From NCBI GenBank assembly GCA_963843325.1, contig CAWJKC010000003.1, positions 591,320 through 655,319 of the forward strand: 64,000 bases of DNA, written 5' to 3'. Shown one piece after another: positions 50,210 through 60,085 of this stretch. The notes beneath the pieces are model-generated. The model did not search any database, was not told the origin of the DNA, and saw only the letters and a list, made by a program, of their open reading frames with translations. Source of the stretch: an uncultured Acidobacteriota bacterium (GTDB lineage: Bacteria; Acidobacteriota; Thermoanaerobaculia; UBA5066; Gp7-AA6). The translations under genes and the position numbers were made by a program. The number at the start of each line of letters is the position of its first letter. Within the stretch, counting starts at the first letter, position 1.

Positions 50210-50812
50210 GTGACACGACGCACCACTCGACGCCCCGGCCCTGCCCTCCTGATGCTCCTCGCGCTCCTCGCCGCCGCCGGCACACCCGTCCAGGCCGCGC
50301 CCGAGCCGACGCCGAAACCCGCACCCGAGCTGCCGGCCCTGCCCGACGGGCAGCGCGACTTCGACTTTCTCATCGGCAAATGGAAGTACCACCTCAAGCG
50401 CCTCGAGAATCCCCTGACCGGCTCGAAGAGCTGGATCGAGTTCGACGGCACCGGCGTCTGCCGTCCCGTCTGGAACGGCAACGCGCAGATCGACGAGCTC
50501 GACGTCAACGGTCCGAGCGGCCACGTGCAGGGACTGACGCTGCGCCTCTACAACCCGCAGTCCCGGCAGTGGAACCTGAACTGGGCCAACGCGAAAGACG
50601 CCACCCTCGGCGTGCCGACCATCGGCTCCTTCAAGAACGGCCGCGGCGAGTTCTACGACCAGGAGACCTACCGGGGCCGGACGATCCTCGTGCGGTACGA
50701 ATGGACGAAGACCACGACGGATTCGCCCCACTTCGAGCAGTCGTTCTCCGACGACGGCGGCAAGACCTGGGAGGTCAACTGGATCACGGACCAGGTGAAG
50801 GTGAAGGACTAA
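50210..50812 (+). CDS. DUF1579-like secreted protein
   Basis: DFDFLIGKW...LRLYNP...FEQSFSDDGGKTWEVNW. Confidence 0.75.
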   Translation: MTRRTTRRPGPALLMLLALLAAAGTPVQAAPEPTPKPAPELPALPDGQRDFDFLIGKWKYHLKRLENPLTGSKSWIEFDGTGVCRPVWNGNAQIDELDVNGPSGHVQGLTLRLYNPQSRQWNLNWANAKDATLGVPTIGSFKNGRGEFYDQETYRGRTILVRYEWTKTTTDSPHFEQSFSDDGGKTWEVNWITDQVKVKD

Positions 50813-50816
50813 CCGG

Positions 50817-52367
50817 CTAGATCCCCACCTCGACCCGGTCGAGCTCCTCCTCGAGGCGGTGGAAGGCATCGTCGCCGATCTCGTCGCCGTCCCGCATCGC
50901 GAGGACGGTGCGGCGGGCCGCTTCGAGGGCGCGCCGGTGGACGTCTTCGTGTGACGCGTGGGCCTCGCCGACTGCCTCGCGCGATCCGCCGTGTGCGCCG
51001 AGGTGCTCGGTCAGCTCGAGGCGAACGGCTTCCGCCGCCGGAGATTCGTCTTCCCCGATCGAGGCAAGGGCTGCTTCGAGCGCGCGCCCGCGAGCGGCCT
51101 CCACTTCGCGGCCGACCGGATCGTCGTCCCCGAGGCGGAGCAACCGGATGAGCGGCTTCAGCGTCAGCCCCTGCAGGACGAGCGTGCCAAAGACGACCGC
51201 GAACGCCGTCAGGACGATGAGATCGCGGTACGGAAACTCGGAGCCCGGAGCGTCGGGCAGCGCGAGCGCGGCGGCCAGCGTGATGATGCCGCGCATGCCC
51301 GCCCACGAAATGACCAGGCCGCCTGCAAAGGTCGGCGGCGGCTGCCCGGGACGCTTGGGACGGTGGCCGAACAGGCGGTTCTTCGTCAGCACGACGCCGT
51401 TGTGCAGCAGCACCCAGCAGATCCGCGCGACGATCACGGTCAGGAGGACCAGACCGGCGAACCGCAGGTACTGCATGCGCACGTCCGGGTCGAGGGCCGC
51501 GAGGATCGGCCGAACCTGCAGGCCGATGAAGACGAACGCGAGAACGTTCAGCAGGAAGACTGCCGTATCCCACACTGCGTACGACGGCAGGCGCACTCGC
51601 GCGGGCGTTCGAACGGGCGCCCGCCGCGCGACGAAGACGGCGAAACAGAACATCGTGAGGACGCTCGAGAGGCCGAGGCGGTCCGCGATGATCCAGACGC
51701 CGAACGTCGAGATGAACTGGAGGATGATCGCCGTCGGCACGTCCTCGACGGAATTCGTGACCTTCAGCATCAGCCATCCGAGGACAGGGCCCACGACGAT
51801 GCTGCCCACCACGACCAGCAGCAGCGTCGGTCCGAGGCTGCCGAGCGTGAACGCCTGCATCGCCACCGCGCCGACGGCCAGCCGGTAGATCAGCAGCGCG
51901 CTCGCGTCGTTCAGGAGGCTCTCGCCCGAGAGGATCGTGAGGATCCGGTGGGGCGGCCGCAGCTGCTTCAACACCGCCATCGCGGCCGCGGCATCGGGAG
52001 GCGACACGATCGCCCCGAGCGCGACCGCCGCGGCCCACGGCATCCCCGGCACGAGCATCCGCGCGACGTACGCGACCGCGAACGTCGTCAGCGCCACGCT
52101 CACGACCGCGAGACTCGCCACCGGGACCCAGTAGTCCTTCAGGTCCCGCGGCGACGAGTCGTACGCCGCGTCGAGCAGCACCGGCGCGACGAAGAGCGCC
52201 AGCGCCACGGCCGGATCGATCGTGAACTTCGGCGCGCCCGGCACGAACGCCAGCACCGCTCCGCCGAGCGCGAGAAACGCGGGGTACGGCGCCCCCAGCC
52301 TCCGCGCGAGCGCGGCAAGCACGACGGCGACGAGGAGGACACCGAGGAGGGATTCGAAGCCGGTCAC
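50817..52367 (-). CDS. CPA1 family Na+/H+ antiporter
   Basis: SPPDAAAA, GESLLNDA, WAGMRG, QGLTL motifs. Confidence 0.92.
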   Translation of the reverse strand: MTGFESLLGVLLVAVVLAALARRLGAPYPAFLALGGAVLAFVPGAPKFTIDPAVALALFVAPVLLDAAYDSSPRDLKDYWVPVASLAVVSVALTTFAVAYVARMLVPGMPWAAAVALGAIVSPPDAAAAMAVLKQLRPPHRILTILSGESLLNDASALLIYRLAVGAVAMQAFTLGSLGPTLLLVVVGSIVVGPVLGWLMLKVTNSVEDVPTAIILQFISTFGVWIIADRLGLSSVLTMFCFAVFVARRAPVRTPARVRLPSYAVWDTAVFLLNVLAFVFIGLQVRPILAALDPDVRMQYLRFAGLVLLTVIVARICWVLLHNGVVLTKNRLFGHRPKRPGQPPPTFAGGLVISWAGMRGIITLAAALALPDAPGSEFPYRDLIVLTAFAVVFGTLVLQGLTLKPLIRLLRLGDDDPVGREVEAARGRALEAALASIGEDESPAAEAVRLELTEHLGAHGGSREAVGEAHASHEDVHRRALEAARRTVLAMRDGDEIGDDAFHRLEEELDRVEVGI

Positions 52368-52397
52368 GCGGCAAAGCCTACCCCGGAGCCCCTCGCG

Positions 52398-53063
52398 CTA
52401 GAAGGCGACGACGATGCCCGCGGTCACATCTCCATTGAAGAGCCACTTATTGCCGCACGACGTTACATAGATCCGGCCATTTGCATCCGGCGTCGTGTAG
52501 CACGGGAAAAAGAAGTGGTCGGGCACAGTCGACGCATAGCCCCTGGCCTCGACCCGCAATCCGAAATTCGGCGTGATGAACGTTTTGGCTCCGAGGCCCA
52601 CGCTGACGGCGAAGTCCGTCGACGGGGTCAGAGCGCCCTGGCTCAGAGGGTCGTCGATACGGATGTTCGCGAGTCTTGCCGCGCCGACATCGAGGGATGC
52701 ATAAGGCCTGATCTTCCCGGACGAAAAGTTATAGCTCGCACCCGCAAGGAAATAGTCGATGGTCAACGGAAACGGGGGGATCCCGGAGGTCCCTCCGGGT
52801 ACGTCTTCGAAGACCATTTTCGTATCCGTGCGCACCCACCGAAATTCCGGCTCGATCGCGTTCGTGAGGTTGAACCCCACGCTGACACCAAAGTCGAAAT
52901 GGTCGGCGACATTGATCTCGGAGATCGCGAAGTTCGGCGGGACACGCGAAAACGACCCGGCAAACATGTATCCAATGAGCGGAGAGAACTCGATTCGCTC
53001 CGTCGGGGTCTGTGCACGCACGGGCAGAGCGGCAAACAGCCCGAGCACAAGGAAGTATTTCAA
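52398..53063 (-). CDS. Outer membrane beta-barrel protein
   Basis: TTG start with signal peptide; alternating beta strands; RPYASL.VG; C-terminal Phe. Confidence 0.75.
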   Translation of the reverse strand: MKYFLVLGLFAALPVRAQTPTERIEFSPLIGYMFAGSFSRVPPNFAISEINVADHFDFGVSVGFNLTNAIEPEFRWVRTDTKMVFEDVPGGTSGIPPFPLTIDYFLAGASYNFSSGKIRPYASLDVGAARLANIRIDDPLSQGALTPSTDFAVSVGLGAKTFITPNFGLRVEARGYASTVPDHFFFPCYTTPDANGRIYVTSCGNKWLFNGDVTAGIVVAF

Positions 53064-53134
53064 ATGGGCCCCCCCTCTGCGCGTGTATACGGAGCGAACA
53101 GCCAGGCCGTCACGCCAGAGTTGGGGCGACACGC

Positions 53135-54289
53135 TCAGTTCTTGAAATCCCCCAGCCGGCAGATGAACCCCCATCCGCCGCCGAGCTCGCTGACCGCGAG
53201 CACCAGCTCGTTGCTCCCCTTCTTCAAGGGCAGGTAGAGCACGTCGTTCTCGGGATTCACGATCCCCAGAAACCCGGGATCCCGGAAATTCTGCGCGCTT
53301 CTTCCGCGAAAGAGAATCTTCCCGTTCAGAAACACGCTCACCTCGTCGCTGTAGCCGATCTCGAGCTTCCTCACTTGGTCGCGGTCGCTGTCGATCGTCG
53401 TCCGCGCGTAGACGAGCTGCGTTCCGGCCTGTGGCTCCAGGCGCTTGGTGAAGTCGGTCGCGAACGTCACGCGCAGGTGCGGCGCCTGCAGATAGCGGTA
53501 CAGCACCACGAATCCCGGCGGCTCTGCCTCGACGCTCTTCCACTGGATGGCGGCGCTTTCGGCCGCCGTCAGCGGCCGCTCGACGTTGCGCGCGAGCGCG
53601 TCGTAGGACGGCGAGATCTGCCACTTCGTCACCATCCCGGCCGGCATCGTCGGCTCGTGGCGCTGCCAGGGCGCGTCGGGCGTCGTCCGGATCTCGAAGT
53701 TCGAGAAGTAGGTCGCGCCGATCAGGTCGTGCAGCGCGAACTCGCCCTTCTGCACGCCGCTCTTCAGATCGTCCATCACGAGCGCCGGCTTCTCCATGTC
53801 CTTGACGTAGAGCTTCGCCTGCGCGCCCGTCACCGCGAGGCGCAGGTGGAACCACTCGCCCTTCGGAATGTCGACCGCGCCGGTGAAGCCCTCGCCGTTG
53901 TAGAGCTGCCAGTTGGCGCCCGTGTTGAGGATCGGCGTGTACTGCATGGCGTCCGGGTAGCCGGACTTGTGCTGGCGCAGGTACACCCACTCGCCGTTGG
54001 CGCCCTCGTCGGCCAGCCGGAACTGGAAGCCGAAGAACCCGCGGGCCGCGGGCGTCGCGACGTCCACGTCGATGACGGCGTCGCGCATCTCGAAGTCCTT
54101 CAGGATCGCGGCTCCCCCGTCGAGGAGCACGCACTTGCGGCCGAGATAGTCCGCGAGCTCCGCCTTTCCCTGCAGGTCCCAGCGCGGGGAGTCGGGCGGG
54201 ACGGAGATCGTCTGGGCGTGCGCAATGGAGGCGCAGAGCAGAGCAAGGACACAGCTGGCAAGGCGACGGCGCACGGCGAGCCTCCTCAT
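53135..54289 (-). CDS. Secreted protein, DUF1080/ConA-like N-domain plus beta-sandwich C-domain
   Basis: Signal peptide; EWFHLRLAV, FSNFEI; GYSDEVSVFLNG...LKKGSNEL. Confidence 0.7.
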   Translation of the reverse strand: MRRLAVRRRLASCVLALLCASIAHAQTISVPPDSPRWDLQGKAELADYLGRKCVLLDGGAAILKDFEMRDAVIDVDVATPAARGFFGFQFRLADEGANGEWVYLRQHKSGYPDAMQYTPILNTGANWQLYNGEGFTGAVDIPKGEWFHLRLAVTGAQAKLYVKDMEKPALVMDDLKSGVQKGEFALHDLIGATYFSNFEIRTTPDAPWQRHEPTMPAGMVTKWQISPSYDALARNVERPLTAAESAAIQWKSVEAEPPGFVVLYRYLQAPHLRVTFATDFTKRLEPQAGTQLVYARTTIDSDRDQVRKLEIGYSDEVSVFLNGKILFRGRSAQNFRDPGFLGIVNPENDVLYLPLKKGSNELVLAVSELGGGWGFICRLGDFKN

Positions 54290-54389
54290 ATGTATTGAGG
54301 GTGACTACGGCGCCGCGGCAGGAAGGTTTGGCGCCAGGAAGTCGCCAAGCAATCCGCTACGCGCTCCTCATCCCCGTGAAGATCGCCCG

Positions 54390-54527
54390 CTGCCCGGCGA
54401 GAATCCGCTGCTCCGCCTCGAGATCGGGCTCCAGCGTCTCGACTCCCCTCTCGTGCGTGCCGCCGAGAACTTCGATCCCCTCCGCAAGAACCCGCGATTC
54501 CAGAAGCTCGTCGCGAAAGCGAAGTAA
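54390..54527 (+). pseudogene. Orphan C-terminal fragment of a TPR-containing kinase/cyclase-type protein
   Basis: FDPLRKNPRFQKLV* resembles the terminal DPLR.DPRF motif of such proteins; no coherent upstream frame. Confidence 0.45.
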
Positions 54528-54533
54528 CGTCCC

Positions 54534-55219
54534 TTACGCCGGCGTTCTTTGGGGAGTCGCGGCCCCCCGGACGATGAGCCGGAACGCGAGCAGCAGCTCG
54601 AAGGCGAGCATCGGGATCCACATGAAGTCCGTGATCGGACGTCCCACCACACCGACGAGCTCCAGCGGAAGACAGACGACGACCAGGATCGATGCGACCA
54701 CGCCGAGCCCCGCGAGCCATGCGGGAACGATCCGGCCGCGCAGGAGCAGCCAGGCGAAGAGCAGGCTGCCGACGGCGAAGAAGGTCGCGGGCAGGGTCGA
54801 GCCCCAGCCCGGCAGCTGGAACAGGTGGGCGCCGAGCGCGGTCGCCGCCGCGGGGTCCGGCGCGTCCGCTCCCGGCGGCCGTCGCGAGCCAGAGCCTCCC
54901 GAGGCTCCTCGGCAGCGCCACCGCGCCGATGACGCCCTCGGCGACGCGGCAGACCATGGCGAGCAGCGCGAGGTCCGGGTCCGCGTCGCGCGTGATGGCG
55001 TAGAGCGTCACGGCCAGCACGAGGGCGCAGAAACACCCGACGAGCTCGAGCAGGATGGCCGTCCGCATGACGGCTGAGGTGGCTCGCGATGCTCGCCAGC
55101 CTGGCGGCGTTGCCCTCCCCGCTCGACGCCCGGCCGGACAGGACCATTCCGGTCAGGGCGGCGGCGATGTAAAGGAGGAACGCGTATCCGGCGACCCGGG
55201 AGTTCGTCCTGAGCGTCAT
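54534..55219 (-). CDS. DUF4386 membrane protein; frameshift near 54880
   Basis: SRVAGYAFLLY...; FFAVGSLLFAWLLLRGRIVPAWLAGLG...FELLLAFRLI. Confidence 0.8.
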
Positions 55220-55343
55220 GGGCTTCCCCCCTTGCGTGAGAAAAGGTTAGGCTTGAGAGCAGGTACGCATGTCGCAGCCCGGGAGTTCTCAGGGTGGGCA
55301 CGCGCGGGAAGAATCGCCGCCCCTCGCGCGTTTTCTCATCGTC

Positions 55344-55931
55344 ATGAAGAGGTGGGCGGTCCCGTTTCTCGTTCTCTTCCTCTGTGCCAGCGCCGCGAGC
55401 GCCGCCCCCGAGCCGCCCGCTCGGCCGGCGGACTGGGCCACTCCCGTGTCCGGAACCTGCGTCAAGAACCTGTATCTGATCGAGGACGGCTTCTATCGCG
55501 GCTCGCAGCCGACGGCCCAGGGATTCCAGGAGCTCCAGGACCTCGGCGTCCGGACCGTGCTCGACCTGGCCGGCGGCGGGGGCGACGCCGTCTACGTCCC
55601 CGGCGGCCCGCTGAAGCTCGTCCACATCCCGATGACCGCCTTTGAGCTCCGCGACGACCGTGTCCTCGAGGCGCTGCGCGTCATGGTGGACCCCGCTAAC
55701 CGGCCGCTCATGATCCACTGCAAACAGGGAGCGGATCGCACGGGCGCGCTCGTCGCGCTCTACCGGATCGTCGTGCAGGGGTGGACCAAGCAGAAAGCCG
55801 TCCTCGAAATGAGCACGGGCGGATACCACCACAGCGCGGTGTGGCGCAACCTCGACTACTACGTCATGAAGGCGGACGTGGACGCGCTGCGCCGGCAGCT
55901 CAATCTGAGCGGCCCGCCCGCAAAGCCTTAG
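55344..55931 (+). CDS. Cys-based (dual-specificity/tyrosine-type) phosphatase with signal peptide
   Basis: HCKQGADRTG CX5R loop; FYRGSQP. Confidence 0.9.
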   Translation: MKRWAVPFLVLFLCASAASAAPEPPARPADWATPVSGTCVKNLYLIEDGFYRGSQPTAQGFQELQDLGVRTVLDLAGGGGDAVYVPGGPLKLVHIPMTAFELRDDRVLEALRVMVDPANRPLMIHCKQGADRTGALVALYRIVVQGWTKQKAVLEMSTGGYHHSAVWRNLDYYVMKADVDALRRQLNLSGPPAKP

Positions 55932-56863
55932 CTCGCTCCCCGGAGAAATGCGCGGATGATCTCCGCGATCTGGTCCGCCGCGACGTCGAGGGCGAAGTGG
56001 CCCGCTTCGAGCACGTGGACCTCGGCCTTCGGCACGTCTTTCCGGTAGGCCTCGGGCTCGGTGAGCTCGAAGGACAGGTCGTACTTGCCCCAGATGACGA
56101 GCAGCCGCGGCTGCTTCTCGCGCATCCAGGCCTGCCACTTCGGATACGCCTCGACGTTCGTGCGGTAGTCGTAGAAGAGGTCGGACTGGATGTCGGGCTG
56201 CGCGGGCTGGCTCAGAAACGCGAACTCGTCGGTCCAGAGATCCGGGTCGTAGCGCTCGACGTTCGGATCGCTGCCGACGTGGCGGGTCTTCGTCGTCGCG
56301 AGCGAAAAGAGGTTCGTGCGCAGCAGGGCCTCGTTGGCGGCGCGATCGGCCCAGAAGGCCCGCCGGGCTTTCCAGTTCGCTCCCAGGCCCTCGTCGTGCG
56401 CCACGGCGTCCTGGACGATGAGCGCCTCGATCCGGTCGGGATGGGCCAGGGCCATCCGGAATCCCACAGGGCCGCCGTAGTCGTGCATGTACAGCGTGTA
56501 GCGCTTGAGCCCGAGCGTCTCGGTGAAGTGATTCATGAGCTCGGCGATGTGGTCGAACGTGTACGCGAACTTCTTCGGATCCGGCCAGTCGCTGTGCCCG
56601 AAGCCCGGGTAGTCGGGCGCCACGAGGTGATAGTGGTCGGCGAGGCGGGCGAAGAGCGGTTCGAACTGCCGCGACGCGCTGGGAATGCCGTGCAGCAGGA
56701 GAATCGTCGGCGCGTCCTTCGGGCCGGCCTCCCTGTAGAAGATCGAGAGACCGTCGATCTGAACGGTGCGGTACGCAGTCGGGTGTTCCACGGAATGCTC
56801 CTTTCCCTCGGCAAACAGTGGAGCCGACGCGAGCAGCAGAGAAACCACGCGAGCCAGGCGCAT
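55928..56863 (-). CDS. Alpha/beta hydrolase (Asp nucleophile; epoxide hydrolase/dehalogenase-like)
   Basis: LLHGIP, APDYPGFG, MHDYGG, AGHFAL. Confidence 0.9.
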   Translation of the reverse strand: MRLARVVSLLLASAPLFAEGKEHSVEHPTAYRTVQIDGLSIFYREAGPKDAPTILLLHGIPSASRQFEPLFARLADHYHLVAPDYPGFGHSDWPDPKKFAYTFDHIAELMNHFTETLGLKRYTLYMHDYGGPVGFRMALAHPDRIEALIVQDAVAHDEGLGANWKARRAFWADRAANEALLRTNLFSLATTKTRHVGSDPNVERYDPDLWTDEFAFLSQPAQPDIQSDLFYDYRTNVEAYPKWQAWMREKQPRLLVIWGKYDLSFELTEPEAYRKDVPKAEVHVLEAGHFALDVAADQIAEIIRAFLRGAS

Positions 56864-56871
56864 CCTCCGCC

Positions 56872-57438
56872 TCACTTCGCGACTTCGAAAATGAGCTCCA
56901 CCTCGACCGGGGCGCCGAGCGGGAGACTCGCGACGCCGTAGACCAGCCGGCTCGGATTCTTGTCTTTTCCGAAGATGTCCTGCAGCAGCTCGGAAGCGCC
57001 GTCGGCGACCTTCGGCTGGGCGCGCACGTCTCCCGACGTCGCCACCGAGACGCCGATCCGGACGATCCGCGTCACGCGGTCGAGCGATCCCAGGTACTGC
57101 CGCGCGACGGCGAGGCCGTTGAGCGTCGCCAGGCGCGCCGCCTTGCGCCCCGCTTCCACGTCGAGCTCCGCTCCGACGCGCCCGAGGTATCGCGCCTCGT
57201 GGCCTTCGGTGGGGAGCATCCCGCTCAGGAAAAGGAGGTTGCCCGTCTGCACTGCTTCCGCGTAGGCCCCGAACGGCTCGGGCGGCGCCGGCAGCTTGAT
57301 GCCGAGCTCCTTGAGCCGCTGCTCGGGGCACGATTTCGATTCGGTGTTCATTTGCGTTTCCCCCGTGGACGCCTGGGCGAGTGATCGACCCGGCGCGAGC
57401 GCCAATGAAACCACGACAGCCAGACTGAAAAGACGCAT
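56872..57438 (-). CDS. RidA/YjgF family protein with N-terminal signal-like extension
   Basis: GNLLFLSG, VADGASELL..IFG, RLVYGVASLPLGAPVEVE. Confidence 0.85.
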   Translation of the reverse strand: MRLFSLAVVVSLALAPGRSLAQASTGETQMNTESKSCPEQRLKELGIKLPAPPEPFGAYAEAVQTGNLLFLSGMLPTEGHEARYLGRVGAELDVEAGRKAARLATLNGLAVARQYLGSLDRVTRIVRIGVSVATSGDVRAQPKVADGASELLQDIFGKDKNPSRLVYGVASLPLGAPVEVELIFEVAK

Positions 57439-57452
57439 CGGTTTTCGCTCCT

Positions 57453-58917
57453 CTAGTTGGTCTGCCGCTCCAGAACCGACCGAACGGCGTTCACTGTAGT
57501 GTTTTCATCCGCATCCTCCGCGGCAAACGCAACATATCCGTCGGGCCGGACGAGCCGGATCCCGCCGCCGGGACCCGGGCGAAGGTCGACGACGTCAGCA
57601 GAGCGACTCGGCCAGCCGCCCCGCGGCCTGCCGGGCCGCCGAATCCGCAGTGTCGCCGACGATGAGCAGGAAACGGCTCCGAATGCCGTCCCCGCCGCGC
57701 AGCGAATCGTCGAAGTACCGCTCGCCGGACCCTTCGACGATCGGGCTTCCGCGATAGGCGATCCCGAGCCCCGAAAGCGTCTGCACGAAGGCGTGCTGAA
57801 AGGGCGGCAGCCGCGACACGACGGGGATGACGGCGTCGCGCACGGACTGCGCCAGCCGGTTCGCCGTTCCCATCGCCTTCGTCAGCCGATGCGTGGTCTC
57901 GATGACGTGCCGGATCACCGGAAGGCGCTCAGCTTCGTAGCTGCCGAGCAGCGTTTCGTTGCCCCGGCCGCGCAACGCGAGGTCGAGCTTCCAGACGAGG
58001 TTCCAGGCGTCCTGCAGCCCCGTGTTCATCCCCTGCCCTCCGAACGGACTGTGGATGTGCGCGGCGTCGCCGGCGATGAACATCCGCCCGACGCGCAGCT
58101 GCCCCGCATGCCGGTGATGAATGCGGAAGTAGCTGCTCCAGTGAAGAGCTTGCGCCTCGATTCCCGCGGGCGCGCGCTCCGCCAGGATCCTTCGCACGAG
58201 ATCGAGCGACGGGGCATCGCCCTCAGCGCTGTCGACCGTCGCGACGATGCGCCGCCGCGTCGCGCTCATGGGAAAGATGGCGCAGGGACCGAGCTCGCTC
58301 GGGCACAGCTGCAGCTCGTCGGCAGGGAGGGCGTCGTTCGTCTGGACGTCGGCCAGCATGAACAGGGCTTCGTACGCGGCGCCTTCGAACGGCAGGTTCA
58401 GCAGGTGCCGCACGGCGCTGTGCGCACCGTCGCAGCCGACCACGAATGCGGCGGTGAGCTCCTCTCTCGTGCCCTTATGGTCGAGCGTTGCGCTCACGCG
58501 GCCGTCGCGCTCGACCGCCGATACGAACGAGGTCTCGTACTCGACGGCGGGGCCCCTGCGGCCGAGCTCCTCCGCGAGGAGCTTCTCGGTGACGTCCTGG
58601 GGAACCATGGCGATGAAGCGGTAGGGCGTCCCCTCCGGCGCGAACCGGAGGTGGGCCAGGCCGCGCTGGTGCGCCACGATGGCAACCCGCGTCGCGCGGT
58701 TCGCCTTTTCGAGAAATGGGCCGGCGACCCCGGACATGTCGAAGATCTCGAGCGTCCGCGGAAAGATGGCGAGCGCCTTGGAGTGCTGCGATTGGGTCGG
58801 GTGCGTCTCGACGATCCGGTACCGGAGGCCGCGCCGGGCGCACTCGTTCGCGAGGAAGAGTCCCACGGGCCCTGCGCCGACGATCAGGACATCCGTGTCT
58901 CCAGCGCCGGCAACCAT
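57453..58917 (-). CDS. FAD-dependent monooxygenase; frameshift near 57598
   Basis: GAGPVG, GCDGAHS, GDAAHIHSPFGGQGMN; C-terminal LVRPDGYV in another frame. Confidence 0.9.
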
Positions 58918-59003
58918 CGCCCTTCTTTATCAAAAACCCGTGAAGCGTTTCACCTCTCGCGACCCCCGCTCCGGCAGATTGATAAGTTAGCCGCGGAGGC
59001 AAC

Positions 59004-59441
59004 ATGGCCAGACTCATCGAGCGCGTCGAGGCGATGGTTCGCGGAGAGATCCCCATTCCCGCGGTCAATCGCCTGATCGGGTTCCACCTCGTCAGCGTCG
59101 AGCCCGGGAAGGCCGTCTTCGAGCTCGAGACCGGCCCGCAGCACGCGAACCTGATGGGGACGCTCCACGGCGGGGTCCTCTGCGACATCGCGGACGCGGC
59201 GATGGGCGTCGCCTTCGCGTCGGATCTCGCAGACGGCGAGACCTTCACGACGCTCGAGCTGAAGATCAACTTCCTGAAGCCGGTCTGGACCGCACGCCTG
59301 AACGCCGTCGCCCGCGTCGTCAAGCGCGGCAAGACCGTCGGCCTCGTCGAATGCGACGTCGTCGATCAGACCGGGAGCCTCGTCGCCCGGGCGAGCAGCA
59401 CGTGCCTGACGCTCGCGGGCAAGAAGGCGGAGGGACGGTAG
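59004..59441 (+). CDS. PaaI family thioesterase
   Basis: HAN.MGTLHGG...D.AMG; TLELKINFLKP. Confidence 0.92.
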   Translation: MARLIERVEAMVRGEIPIPAVNRLIGFHLVSVEPGKAVFELETGPQHANLMGTLHGGVLCDIADAAMGVAFASDLADGETFTTLELKINFLKPVWTARLNAVARVVKRGKTVGLVECDVVDQTGSLVARASSTCLTLAGKKAEGR

Positions 59442-59464
59442 GAACGGAACGCGTCCGTCCCTAC
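59438..59464. terminator. Hairpin between convergent stop codons
   Basis: GTAGGAACGGA-ACGCG-TCCGTCCCTAC includes both TAG stops. Confidence 0.45.
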
Positions 59465-60048
59465 TTTTCCCGGCTCGCGGGCGGCACGATCCCGTTCATC
59501 CGCAGGTACTCCACCATCTGTCCGTAGTGATCGAACGCGTGGGCGACGGCGAACGTCGCCCTCTCCAGGCGCGACGACTTGCTGCCCTCCGGCAGCTGCA
59601 GCATGTTCTGCGTCGTGAGCGTCGCCACGGCCCGGTGGCCCAGAGCGAATGAATCCCTCAGGAACCGGAGGATCTCGGCCTTCGATTTCACGTCCTCCGG
59701 ACCGTTGCCGCCCTTGAAGTTGGCCGGCAGCGCCTCGCCCGTCAGCGGGGCAAAGATCGCGTTGTTGGAAGCCGCGATGTGCCTGACCTGCAGCGCGAAC
59801 GTGCGCACGCCCTTGTAGTTGCTCCCCGGGATGCTCAGGCTCTCCGGAGAGAAGTTGAACCGGTCCTCGGGCATCGCTTCGGCGGCTTCGGTGACCAGCT
59901 TCTCGGCCGCGCTGAGCTGGCGGTCCAGGGCGAAAGCGAGGGTGGCGGGCGGCTCCGGCTGCGGCGTGCTTTTCGCTTCCTGGCCCGGCGCGCCGGCGGC
60001 CGCGAAGAGCGTTGCCGCCACCATCAGGAAGGCTCGCGTGCGTTTCAT
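59461..60048 (-). CDS. DinB family protein, secreted
   Basis: Signal peptide; VRTF..QVRHIA; HAFDHYGQMVEYLRMNGIVPPAS. Confidence 0.9.
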   Translation of the reverse strand: MKRTRAFLMVAATLFAAAGAPGQEAKSTPQPEPPATLAFALDRQLSAAEKLVTEAAEAMPEDRFNFSPESLSIPGSNYKGVRTFALQVRHIAASNNAIFAPLTGEALPANFKGGNGPEDVKSKAEILRFLRDSFALGHRAVATLTTQNMLQLPEGSKSSRLERATFAVAHAFDHYGQMVEYLRMNGIVPPASREK

Positions 60049-60085
60049 GGGAGGCCTCCTTCGACCTCGAGATCATAATCTCCGC

